From Amoebidium appalachense (Eukaryota > Protista > Ichthyosporea): a DNA stretch of 64,000 nucleotides. The notes under the pieces were generated by a model. The model made no database searches. It was given only the letters and a program-made list of their open reading frames with translations, and was not told the DNA's origin. Both the position numbers and the translations under genes were made by a program. Of the stretch, positions 42,680 to 52,817 are shown one piece after another (position 1 is the stretch's first letter; each line of letters opens with the position of its first letter). The DNA lies in contig CAVNZM010000010.1 of the NCBI GenBank assembly GCA_963693365.1, positions 8,867,794-8,931,793 of the forward strand, in the 5' to 3' direction.

Positions 42680-44380
42680 TCAGCACATGTTGAGCATCCC
42701 CACGGCCTTGGTGAAGAAAGAGGCAGACAGGGCCTTGGTGAACATGTCGGCCTTGTTGTCAGCAGAAGCCACCGGGACCACAGTGATGTTGCCCAGCAGG
42801 TGATGTTCCTTGACGGAGCAGTAGCGGACGTCGATGTGCTTGGTCTTGGGCTTAACCCCCAGGGTGTCCAGCAGGGCCCGGGCAGACTCATTGTCCCCAT
42901 GGATGGGCACCGGGGTGGGCTCATCGATAGGATTAAGGCCCAGGTCGTCCATCACATAGTTGAGCCATATGGCCTCGTTCGTAGCAGCAGACATGGCCAC
43001 AAATTCAGCCTCAGTGGAGCTGTGGGTGGTGATGGACTGGAGCCGAGACACCCAGGACACAGGGGAGGAGTTGATGAAGAAGACATAGCCCGTGGTGGAG
43101 CGCCGGGTGTCGCGGTCCTCGGCGTAGTCGGAGTCGGAGTAGCCAACAAGGGTGGGGGGGCCGGGACGGTAGACAATACCCAGGTCGATGGTGGCCAGCA
43201 GGTAGCTTACAACTCTGGTAGCCATAGTCCAGTGGGTGACGGTGGGCGCATGAATGTGTCGAGTAAGGACTCCCAGAGCCTGGGAAATGTCGGGGCGGGT
43301 GGTACGCGCAATCCACAGCAGGGCACCGACCAGGCTGGCATAGTCCTCCTTCTTGCTGTGGGCTGGGGTCTTGTTGCTTTCACTGGCCTGGCCCGGGACG
43401 ATGGGGGTCTTGGTGCCGGACATGTGGGTGAGACGAAAACGGGCAGCCAAGTCGATGATGTGTTGACGATGGCCCAGACGCAGAGACCCGTCCTCCAGCC
43501 AGGTAAGAGTGTGCCCGATGAGCAGGGTAGGACGACCCAGGTCCTTGGCAGAGAAACGAGCATCCAGCTTGGTGAAAAAATCGTCGATGAGCGCATCAGT
43601 GGCGGCCGTCACGGTGAAGTCATCCACGTAGGCAGCAAGGGCAATAAACGTTGGGGTCCCGGCATTCTTGATGAACAGGCACGGGTCAGCAGCACTCACA
43701 ATGAAGCCTTGGTCGAGGAGATGGTCACGGAGGGCCTCATACCACTGGCGCGGTGCCTGTTTTAGGCCGTAGAGCGCCTTGTGGAGCAAGCCGACAGCAT
43801 GGGGGGCCGAGGGGTTGACGAAGCCAGGGGGCTGCTCAATGTAGATGGTCTCGTTGACGGTGCCGTTGAGGAATGCTGTGTTGACGTCGATGTGGCGCAG
43901 AGGCAGACCTTGGGCCACGGAGGTAGCCAAAACCAGCCGGATGGTAGCCAGCGCAGCCACAGGTGACTCGGTGACGAAATAGTCCTGGCCAGGCTGCTGG
44001 TAGTTGCCCCGGGCCACAAGCCGGGCCTTGAAAGCAGTGACGTTGCCGACGTTGTCCTGCTTGACCGTAAAGACCCAGCCGACCGGAATGACAGTGGAGC
44101 CATCCTCTGGACGGGGCACAAGGGTGAAGGTGCCGTTGTCTTCCAGGGCCTTGAGCTCACGGTGTGCAGCCTCCTCCCATTTCAGACGCTGGGGACTCTT
44201 GAGTGCAGCCCGGACAGTCTTGGGGACAACAATGGTGGAAGCCTTGATGGGTGTTGATGCAGGAGCCGTAGCCTGGGAGGCAAGGGGGGCCGTAGCAGCA
44301 GCCACGTTGGCAGTCGGGCCTCGACGTTGGTCGTTGTACACAGCGCCACTACGGGTCGTTACACCGGGGGAGCCGATGTG
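42680..44380 (-). CDS. Copia reverse transcriptase + RNase H (frame +1 relative to gag-PR-INT)
   Basis: WVFTVK..FKARLVARG, HIDVNTAFLNG, LYGLKQAPRQW, YVDD, TRPDI, GYSDSDYA, STEAEFVA, DNESA, KHID, ADMFTKAL. Confidence 0.95.
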   Translation of the reverse strand, partial: HIGSPGVTTRSGAVYNDQRRGPTANVAAATAPLASQATAPASTPIKASTIVVPKTVRAALKSPQRLKWEEAAHRELKALEDNGTFTLVPRPEDGSTVIPVGWVFTVKQDNVGNVTAFKARLVARGNYQQPGQDYFVTESPVAALATIRLVLATSVAQGLPLRHIDVNTAFLNGTVNETIYIEQPPGFVNPSAPHAVGLLHKALYGLKQAPRQWYEALRDHLLDQGFIVSAADPCLFIKNAGTPTFIALAAYVDDFTVTAATDALIDDFFTKLDARFSAKDLGRPTLLIGHTLTWLEDGSLRLGHRQHIIDLAARFRLTHMSGTKTPIVPGQASESNKTPAHSKKEDYASLVGALLWIARTTRPDISQALGVLTRHIHAPTVTHWTMATRVVSYLLATIDLGIVYRPGPPTLVGYSDSDYAEDRDTRRSTTGYVFFINSSPVSWVSRLQSITTHSSTEAEFVAMSAATNEAIWLNYVMDDLGLNPIDEPTPVPIHGDNESARALLDTLGVKPKTKHIDVRYCSVKEHHLLGNITVVPVASADNKADMFTKALSASFFTKAVGMLNMC

Positions 44381-46982
44381 CAGGCTCGGGCAGGATCGGA
44401 ATGTCCAATTGATCACTCGGCGCTGTCCCATTGGCTGACAGACGAGACGAATCAGATTGCTGATCATTCCGGACGATGTGATTGGCTGGCTGATTTGACG
44501 AATCAGATGACTCCAAAAAATGATGAATTGCCGGTGCGGTCGACCAATCAGATGGGACATCACGGAGGGGGTGCAGAATAGCAGCCTCGTCGAACTGCAC
44601 GTCACGGCTGACGGTCATCTTGTGTGCTGCTGGAATCCAGACCTTGTAGCCCTTGATGTTAGGAGGGTAGCCCACGAAGATGCCCTTGACGGCACGAGGC
44701 GCCAGTTTCGGTGTATCCTGTTGATGGACGTAGCAGGGAGAGCCCCAGACACGGAGCCGGCTGTAGTCGGGAGGAATGCCGGTCCACAGCAGGGCGGGAG
44801 ACGATTGGCTGCCGGTGGCTCGCGACGGGAGCATGTTGCGTATAAAAGCCGCGGTCACAGCTGCCTCGGCCCAGAATCCCACCGGAAGGCCGGACTGCTG
44901 CAGGAGTGCCCGAACCATGTCGAGGAGGGTCCGGTTCAGTCGTTCGGCAGTCCCATTCTGTTGAGGAGAGCCGGTGGTAGTGATCTGATGGCGAATGCCG
45001 TGCTCACGGTTGTAGTCCCCGAAGGCCGTGCCCATGTACTCGCCCCCCCCGTCGGACTGAAACACCTGCATGGGAACACCGTGTTGGGTAACCGCCGCCT
45101 TGTGGTACGTCACATATGCAGCCAGTGTGTCCGACTTCTTGACGAGGGGCACGGCCGTGGTGTGGCCGGTGAAGTCGTCGTGGAACGTCGCCAAGTACTG
45201 AGCACCACCGATCGCGGGAGGGAAGGGGCCGCTGATGTCGCTGTGAACCTTGGCTAGGACCCGGGGAGCTTGGCTGGTTGATTCGGAGAAGGCAACACGG
45301 TGGGCTTTGCCGAGGGCACAGGGCTCACACACACCCGGAGACTTGGCACCGCCACCCACCAATAGGCCTGCAGACTTGATGACCGAGCGTACAGCGTCAA
45401 TGCCAGCATGGCCCAGACGGTAGTGCCACGTGTTGAGGTCGGCAGTAACCTTGAGGATACGCGGAGCAGTGGTGGTTTGGGCGTCCGGGGTTGTGTCCGC
45501 GCGCAGAAGAGACACCGCCATGTGGTACAGCTTGGTGCCGACAGCCGAGCCGGTGGCCAGAATTTGATCGCCGTAGCACAACTTAACGCCGCCGCGGGTG
45601 TCAAAGCGGGGTAAAACGCCGTTGGTAGATGCCGTGAACACACTGATGAGAGTGTCGGGGATGGAGGGCACGTAGAGTACATCCGTCAGCTGATGCACCG
45701 CAGTAACGCCGTCGATGGTGCTGGAAAAGAACACGTCGCCCACCCCAAGCACTGCACATGCACCCTTGTCGGCTACTTGGACCGTGGAGTAAGGCGCCGC
45801 ACGCATGTTGACGAACACATCGGGCCGGGGGCACACATGGTCAGTGGCTCCAGAGTCGAGGAGCACCTTGTTGGTGCCACAGTCGTTGCTAGACATGAGG
45901 AAAGCCCGGGGAGCGGCAGCCCCCCCCTTGCACTGTGCCGTAGTGTGGGTAGTAGAGGCAGGGTGGTTGATGCAGGACCCAGGCGGGAGGGGACCACCCT
46001 TAGGTTTGCGGCCGTTGGCACGGTTGCCCCCCTTGCACATGGCGGTAGTGTGACTGGTAAACAGTGGGTGGTTGACGCAGGAACCCTTGGGGTAGGTGCT
46101 GGCACGGTTGTTGCCAGAGTTGCTGTGTTGGCCGTTGCCGTTGGGGCACTGAGACTTGATGTGGCCTGGTTTGCCGCAGCCGTGGCAGATGACAGGTTGA
46201 GGAGCCCGTGTGGTGAAGGCGGCCGGCCCGGAGCTGGTAGTCACACGTGCACGTGGGTGGCTGGTCTCATATGCCCGTAGCTGTTGGAGGAGGCCCATTA
46301 CGGTAGGCTTGGGTGTCATCTTGTAGGCAATGACAGGCATTTCGTAGTAAGGCACCTTGCCGAGGTCGTTGGTGAGCTTGGTCAGCACTTGAGCATCACC
46401 AATTTGTGTGCCGTAATCGGCCAGGCGCCGCACGTAGCCGCGGAGCTTCATGGCGTATTTCGTCGCGGTGTCCGTAGGTTCAGGCGTAGAATTCATGTAC
46501 AGCCCGATAAGGTCGTGCTGATTGGCCTCAGATTGCTCCAGGTAGTGGGCAGATAGGGCCGACCATATCTCCGCAGGTGTGGTGGTGCGTGTTAACCCTA
46601 GGATACAACGCACGTCAACCGAGAGTGCTTGCCACAGGTAGGAACGGGCAGTGTCGACCTGTTCACGGGTAGCCGGGTGCTCCGTACTGGGCGCGATGGT
46701 GTGGAGAAGACCAGCACCAGAAAGCTGGACATACATGGTTTCGGCCCATGTGTGGTAGTCCGTGCCTGAATCATTATCAATGCCAGTGAAGAGAGGGATG
46801 TCGACCTTGAACTTGATGGAATCATTACGTGAGGGGCCCATAACCCTGTTGGACATCGTGTTCATAGAAGCTAGTTCTAGTGCACGTTGTTCCTTCTGTA
46901 AGTCAGAAATGATTGCATCTTGTGAGGCCAACCTCTGCTCCAGTAGTTGGACTAGTTGCTGCAACTGTAAGTTGTCAGACAT
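44349..46982 (-). CDS. Copia gag-protease-integrase ORF, starting inside the 5' LTR
   Basis: CHGCGKPGHIKSQC knuckle, LLDSGATDHVC protease, WHYRLGH..CEPC, VHSDISGP, SDGGGEY, QQNGTAER, IKGYKVW, VSRDVQFDE. Confidence 0.95.
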   Translation of the reverse strand: MSDNLQLQQLVQLLEQRLASQDAIISDLQKEQRALELASMNTMSNRVMGPSRNDSIKFKVDIPLFTGIDNDSGTDYHTWAETMYVQLSGAGLLHTIAPSTEHPATREQVDTARSYLWQALSVDVRCILGLTRTTTPAEIWSALSAHYLEQSEANQHDLIGLYMNSTPEPTDTATKYAMKLRGYVRRLADYGTQIGDAQVLTKLTNDLGKVPYYEMPVIAYKMTPKPTVMGLLQQLRAYETSHPRARVTTSSGPAAFTTRAPQPVICHGCGKPGHIKSQCPNGNGQHSNSGNNRASTYPKGSCVNHPLFTSHTTAMCKGGNRANGRKPKGGPLPPGSCINHPASTTHTTAQCKGGAAAPRAFLMSSNDCGTNKVLLDSGATDHVCPRPDVFVNMRAAPYSTVQVADKGACAVLGVGDVFFSSTIDGVTAVHQLTDVLYVPSIPDTLISVFTASTNGVLPRFDTRGGVKLCYGDQILATGSAVGTKLYHMAVSLLRADTTPDAQTTTAPRILKVTADLNTWHYRLGHAGIDAVRSVIKSAGLLVGGGAKSPGVCEPCALGKAHRVAFSESTSQAPRVLAKVHSDISGPFPPAIGGAQYLATFHDDFTGHTTAVPLVKKSDTLAAYVTYHKAAVTQHGVPMQVFQSDGGGEYMGTAFGDYNREHGIRHQITTTGSPQQNGTAERLNRTLLDMVRALLQQSGLPVGFWAEAAVTAAFIRNMLPSRATGSQSSPALLWTGIPPDYSRLRVWGSPCYVHQQDTPKLAPRAVKGIFVGYPPNIKGYKVWIPAAHKMTVSRDVQFDEAAILHPLRDVPSDWSTAPAIHHFLESSDSSNQPANHIVRNDQQSDSSRLSANGTAPSDQLDIPILPEPAHRLPRCNDP
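46833..46846 (-). promoter_or_regulatory. Primer binding site GGTTATGGGCCC (half-tRNA-iMet type)
   Basis: The minus strand directly after the 5' LTR reads gggttatgggcccc, the same core as the Drosophila copia PBS that pairs with the iMet anticodon stem-loop. Confidence 0.85.
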
Positions 46983-47612
46983 AGTGTCGTGTATGATGGG
47001 TAACTTGTCTATGTGTTTTGTGCACTGAAAACGACAGTAGAAAAGTGTAAATCAAACGTTCTGCTTCCCATGTTTGTGACATGGGAGGCACTGCTTTATA
47101 TAGTCGTTGGCCACCTCATGGTGGCCTCGTGTGCACCCTGGTGGTGGGCCATGTACAGCATGGCCGAAAAGAGAGCACAATGAAAAACAAGTCGTTAAAG
47201 ATATAAAAGTTAACTGTGCACGTTGAGTGGCTAGTTAACTTGCACTAAAGCACACAAATAAACGTGTTTAACACACCAATTGCAGTTAAACGTAAATCTT
47301 ACTTCACACAACTAAAAATATTCTGAGAATATCCGGGAATAAAGCACACTACCACTCTAAGAATAGAATCCTGTGGCAAATATAGACATGACATCATCTG
47401 AACCGGGAATATTAATTAATGAGCACAATTAGCACGTTGCTAGTGAAGCTCGTCATTGGTACAGTTTTGGCTCAAACATATAACTACCATATATGAATAT
47501 GACCGTAAACAAAAGCTCTATGCACTCGAGTGAGTGTTGAAACAATTATTCAATTGCTCAGAAACTTTCTCTAACAGACATTGCTAGCCGGGAGTACCAG
47601 TGTACTCCAACA
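46847..47612 (-). repeat. 5' LTR
   Basis: Near-identical to 41729-42494. Only one mismatch noticed by eye (aaatacagac vs aaatatagac). Confidence 0.97.
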
Positions 47613-48340
47613 CACCCTCCCACGAACACTGTGGACACGATCATCATAATGTCGCCCCAATACTTTATCATCTTTCGCGCTGATCGTCACGCATCATTGT
47701 TGGGTGGGGTCAAGGGAGAGAGAGATGTTTGGCCATTTGGGGGGGGGGGGGGGGGGGGGATGTGTGGGGGGGGGGGGGGGGGGGGGACAGGGAGGGACCT
47801 TCTACCTCTGGGGTTAGCGCGGGGAGGGTGGCACGGGGAGGGAACCACCCACCCTCCGAGCTGATGGGTCGCTCCCCCCCCCCCCACCCCCCAACCTCTC
47901 CCCCCACCCCCCCACCCCCCCACCCCTCTCCCCCCTCCCTCCCTCCCACCCTCCCTTCCCACCCCCCCCCCCCCCCCCCCCCCCCCACCCACCCACCCAC
48001 CCCACCTCCCCATTCCTTCATCTCAAATGAATATAAGAGAAAGGGAGAGAATACGTCGTGATACAATAAACTTCGGTGCATGCATATAATTATGGGGTTT
48101 ACGCTGTTTACTCGAGGCAAAGAGAGACCAGTCTCAGGTATGGGGGGGTTTTGCTCGGAATATCCCCTCAGCGGTATATCATGATCACGTACATAGCTGT
48201 CGGGTGATGATTATATATCAGGGTTTACTTTCTCTACGAGACACCATAAAGACTAAGAAAAATTAATTAGTCGAGGTTCCCCCCTTTTTTTTTTTTTTTT
48301 TTTTTTTTTGGGCTCCCCTGGGACACTCGGTATCAGCTGG

Positions 48341-48412
<72 letters not shown>

Positions 48413-49064
48413 GGATTTTGTAATGATGTGTTTCTCAAGCCAATCAATACATCTAATAAACAGGTCGTATACGTAGTTTCGCGTGTTTAGTATAAAATCA
48501 AGGATGTTGTAATTTTTAGGTAGGCTATCTTTCTGGGTGTCTGTTGTGAATGTGACGTGTGTGTGTTGCGGTATTATGTGGTCTATTAAACTACATTTGG
48601 CGATACATGACCGTTTAAACTGGTGTGTATGTGTGTTGTTTGGGCATGCAAAGGATGCCACCTTATACTTATTAGATCTCCACTGTATAGCACGTGTACA
48701 GTAAAAGCGTGGTCACAGTGTGATCAATAATACCATCAGCTAGAGAAAGACCAATTCTACAGGAAGGTAATATGTATTTAGGTGTTACACATTTGCGAAT
48801 GCCATATTTGGCAATATGGTTAAGGCGGCCATTATATATAAAACGAGACATAATTACGGCTTAGTTTTTCAAGGTGTATGCTTTCATCGGGTCTGGTGTC
48901 GTGTGGTATCTTTTTCCATTTGTTAGATTGCGTAATTATCTTGTGATTGTGTACATGTCTGATAAGTAAGTGGCAGTCCAAAGTCACACACTTTTGCGGG
49001 GTTTTTTTGTATTTGTGCCCGGGGGAATAGGAGAGAGAGAGGGAAGGAAAGAGGGGAGAGGTGA

Positions 49065-49403
49065 GGAGGGGACAGGTCGGATAGAGAAGAGAGGGTGGGA
49101 GGGCAAGTACTTCTTATGTGCTTATTGAATTTCAGCGCGAGATGGGAAATAGAGAAGACTACCCTGAAAAACGTGGATGCCAGAGTCAGACGCTTTACAG
49201 CTAATCCAACCTCCAACAACAGGATATACGTTTAGAGTTTCAGGTACTCTGGTTTGCACCAGGTACCGGGGTTAGACTTTGAAACAGTACTGGCAGCAGA
49301 TGATCATGAGTTAAGTAATAAACCGGAAAAAATGAAAGTAACTATATATTTCCTTGGTGATTTCAATATAATAATGGATATCCAACAAATCCGGACTCGC
49401 TAG
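49065..49403 (+). mobile_element. Degenerate apurinic-endonuclease fragment of a non-LTR retrotransposon
   Basis: DRSDREERVGG-like segment, then KVTIYFLGDFNI (GDFN motif) at ~49335-49370. Interrupted by stops and poly-G. Confidence 0.45.
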
Positions 49404-49419
49404 ATTTTTTTTTTTTTTT

Positions 49420-49450
<31 letters not shown>

Positions 49451-50288
49451 GGGGGGGAGGGGGGGGGAGGGGGGGGGAGGGGGAGGGGGGAGGGGGGGGG
49501 GGGAGGGGGGGGAGGCTAGCGAAGAGCTAAGATCCACAAATTTACCTACACCAAAGTTGGAAGAAAGACAGAAGAGTACTTGAGAGGAATTTCTAGGAAT
49601 CTTTCCAGACACCCCTTTTTCTCTTCGCAATTGTATGTTCACGGTTCCATGGTGTGTGACTGTAGCCGGTGTGAGCACGTGCCACGTGGCACTATTGAAG
49701 CCCGTGGTTAGAAAGGCTGCCAAATATGGAATGATTAGGAGATCTAGATCTTGACGATGACGACGGCGTGTAGGGATTGGCGGGCTGTTGTTCCAAGATC
49801 ACCACAGCTTTTAGAGCCATATGTAGGTAATCAATACAGGGTAGGGATTACGAACAAAAATCGTCGTAATTACGATTAACGAGAGACCCCGATACGAATA
49901 AGGTTGGGGTGCTGTCGTAACAGCTTTCGTATGGTAATTAGCGTAAAATATGCTCGACTATCTAATCTTGCCTATTCTTTCGGTGTATTTCTGTTCAAGA
50001 ACCTATCTGCAGCTCTCTTGCTGTGCAATATCGAGCCCCGACCATTGCTCAGGGCCTGTAATCCTGTTATACTCAATTTGTGAAAATGCGCATTTTGGTA
50101 TTTTGACTGGAGGGGCGTTTTCGACGGGGCTGAACGCTCCACAAGAACCCTCATACTTGCATATCTTTCCGTCGAACAAATCCAGTCAAAAGAAAAAAAG
50201 AACCCCCCCATTACGATTAAGAAATAGTCCGTTACGATTGGCCCAAGGGCCATATGGTTGGGCTGGTCAACCCCAGCCAAGCTGCCCA

Positions 50289-50757
50289 ATTGGATTGGGC
50301 GATGGACTTGGTAAAGTTCGAATCGCGAAGGGCCGCCAGGCCCGGAGCCCGGAGCACGGCGCCCGGCCCGGCCCGCGCGGGGGTCTGGGGGGACGGCGTC
50401 TGGGGAGACGGGCGTGGGGCAGAGTGGCCCGGGTCTGGGGGGACGGGGTCTGGGGGGACGGGGGGTGAGCAGACCCGGGCCACTCTGCCCCACGCCCGTC
50501 TCCCCAGACGCCGTCCCCCCAGACCCCCGCGCGGGCCGGGCCGGGCGCCGTGCTCCGGGCTCCGGGCCCAGAGTTGCTCACCCCCCGTCCCCCCAGACCC
50601 CGTCCCCCCAGACCCGGGCCACTCTGCCCCACGCCCGTCTCCCCAGACGCCGTCCCCCCAGACCCCCGCGCGGGCCGGGCCGGGCGCCGTGCTCCGGGCT
50701 CCGGGCCTGGCGGCCCTTCGCGATTCGAACTTTACCAAGTCCATCGCCCAATCCAAT
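50289..50757. repeat. GC-rich palindrome: inverted arms 50289-50471 and 50575-50757 (183 bp each) with a 103-bp spacer that duplicates part of the right arm
   Basis: attggattgggcgatggacttgg...ggggtgagca is the reverse complement of tgctcacccc...ccatcgcccaatccaat. Spacer 50472-50568 equals 50611-50707. Confidence 0.95.
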
Positions 50758-51152
50758 ATTGGACTAGTCACGTGGCCTGGTAACTTTGAGATCACACCAC
50801 ACCAACCACCTCCGATCCGATCGCGATCAATCTATTTCCCACTTCCCACTTTTCCTACTTAAAATCGAAAAAAAGAAAAAAAAAAGGAGACAAAACAAAC
50901 GATACAGCATTACCCACTTTTAAGTGGGTAAGTGGCCAATGACAACAAACACTTATCGATTTAAACCTAAAACACAACCATATAGTACTAGGGAACGGGG
51001 AACGGGGACATGCCAGGCACACGCGGCACACGAGGCACAGGAGGCACACGCGGCATGCGAGGCGCGCGTGCCTGCCAGGGGCCTCCCCGCCCCGCCCAGC
51101 CACGCCCAGCCCCGCCGGTGATGTGAAAAATATTATGTGTGCATAGACATGA

Positions 51153-51995
51153 ATGGCGATCATGGATGATGAAATACACAACGCGCCACAATGGTGCAAA
51201 TTTCTGGTTGCTCTGGGCATATACAAGCCTTTACAACTAATAACATGGTACAACAGCAACATTCAGAAGGGCAGTGGGTTCAGCCTGTTCTGGTATGACG
51301 CAAACGATGAGCCGGTGATGAACACGTGGAGTGAAGCCAATGAGATGCACGCGGTGGGTACGGATACGATAAGAATGGGCGGAATCGATTGGTGTTTTTC
51401 CGAGGAGGACATGACCTGGGCAACACGTGTGGGCTGGGTACGCGATACCAAAGGCTACCTACGACTCTACCTACCGGGCTGGAATCAACACGTGGCTGAG
51501 TCACCGGCTGCACACCAGTTGGTGTGCTATATCCAGGGCATTATCACCGAGAGTACGGACTTCGAGATCGATCACCGAAACCAATCAGTAAAGGACAACC
51601 GACGGACCAATCTCTGCCCGCGACCAAAGGCCTATAACAAGTTCAAGAGACGAATCACAGGGCAGCCATGCCGGTTTGTGAACACCCGCGAAGGTTTCTT
51701 CGAGGTGCGGTTTCCAATGGTGCACAAGAAAGGGCAATACCACAAGATCGGCACATACACCGACTACACGGAGGCCGTGCACGTGGCGAGAGCCCATTGG
51801 CGTGTTTACTGCACACAGGCACGTGGCTGGACCGACCCAAGCATGGTGCAAGACTTCGAGGTGTTGATGGAGCCACACATTCCAGAGCCGGAAGTGAAGC
51901 CAATCATCGCGCCCGGATTCGTGGCTGACGTCACTGCCCGACCCACCGGCAAGCTGTGTGTCCCGACCAACAGCATCACGCGCCTGTTTGCCTAA
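51153..51995 (+). CDS. HNH endonuclease with C-terminal AP2-like DNA-binding domain
   Basis: KGYLRLYL..AHQLV..FEIDHRNQSVKDNRRTNL (HNH_3-like), then FEVRF...KGQYHKIGTYTDYTEAVHVA (AP2-like). AATAAA overlaps the stop. Confidence 0.85.
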   Translation: MAIMDDEIHNAPQWCKFLVALGIYKPLQLITWYNSNIQKGSGFSLFWYDANDEPVMNTWSEANEMHAVGTDTIRMGGIDWCFSEEDMTWATRVGWVRDTKGYLRLYLPGWNQHVAESPAAHQLVCYIQGIITESTDFEIDHRNQSVKDNRRTNLCPRPKAYNKFKRRITGQPCRFVNTREGFFEVRFPMVHKKGQYHKIGTYTDYTEAVHVARAHWRVYCTQARGWTDPSMVQDFEVLMEPHIPEPEVKPIIAPGFVADVTARPTGKLCVPTNSITRLFA

Positions 51996-52029
51996 TAAAG
52001 TAAAGACAAGAAACCAATCAGAAACAGGC

Positions 52030-52278
52030 CGGGGAACGGGGAACGGGGAATGCACAGGAGGCACAGGAGGCACAGGAGGCACAGGAGGCACAGGAGGCAC
52101 GGGAGGCACGCGGGGTGGGGTGAGAGAGAGAGAGAAATAAGCTAAGTCTACACGAGAGAGAGAGAGAGAAAAAAGCTAAGTCTACACGAGAGAGAGAGAG
52201 AGAAAAAAGCTAAGTCTACACGAGAGAGAGAGAGAGAGAGAGAAAAGAGAGAGAGAGAGAAAAAAGCTAAGTCTACAC

Positions 52279-52318
<40 letters not shown>

Positions 52319-52660
52319 AAAAAGCTAAGTCTACACGAGAGAGAGAGAGAGAGAGAGAAAAGAGAGAGAGAGAGAAAAAAGCTAAGTCTACACGAGCTAA
52401 GTCTTGACCCGGGCAGGGGGGGGGGCAGGTGAGGCAGGGGGGGGCAGGTGAGGCAGGGGGGGGGGACGTGAGGCAGGGGGGGGCAGATGAGGCAGGGGGG
52501 GGGGGCAGGGGGGGGCACGTGAGGCAGGTGAGGCAGGGGGGGGCACGTGAGGCAGGGGGGGCACGTGAGGCAGGGGGGGCACGTGAGGCAGGTGAGGCAC
52601 GTGAGGCACGCGAGGCACGCGAGGCAGGGGGGCCGGGGGCCGGGGGGGGGGGGGGGTTTA
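52030..52660. repeat. Composite subterminal tandem repeats
   Basis: (gcacaggag)n at 52050-52110, [aaaaagctaagtctacac(ga)n] x~7 at 52135-52400, and (gtgaggcagggggggcac)-like units at 52410-52630. Confidence 0.9.
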
Positions 52661-52817
52661 TTTAAAAACAGGGATCTGTATATACTTCACGGGGGTTTAT
52701 TTTAGCATACAATACGGGTATAACAATTCCCAACCCACATATTCTGATCGACATCAATGATCTAAATTCGAGCATATAAATTCCAAAAGGTGAGTGTCGA
52801 TTTTTTCTATATACAGG

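Larger units (their letters stand above)
41729..47612 (-). mobile_element. Complete Ty1/copia LTR retrotransposon
   Basis: Two 766-bp LTRs with TGTTGGA..TCCAACA ends, 5-bp TSD CACCC (41724-41728 / 47613-47617), PBS and PPT, and gag-PR-INT-RT-RH domain order. Confidence 0.98.

Noticed and set aside
42650-43765. 371-aa plus-strand ORF antisense to RT/RNase H
   Set aside because: Shadow ORF expected from GC3-rich codon usage on the opposite strand; no motif.
50232-50862. ORFs on both strands across the palindrome
   Set aside because: By-products of a GC-rich inverted repeat; mirrored low-complexity translations.
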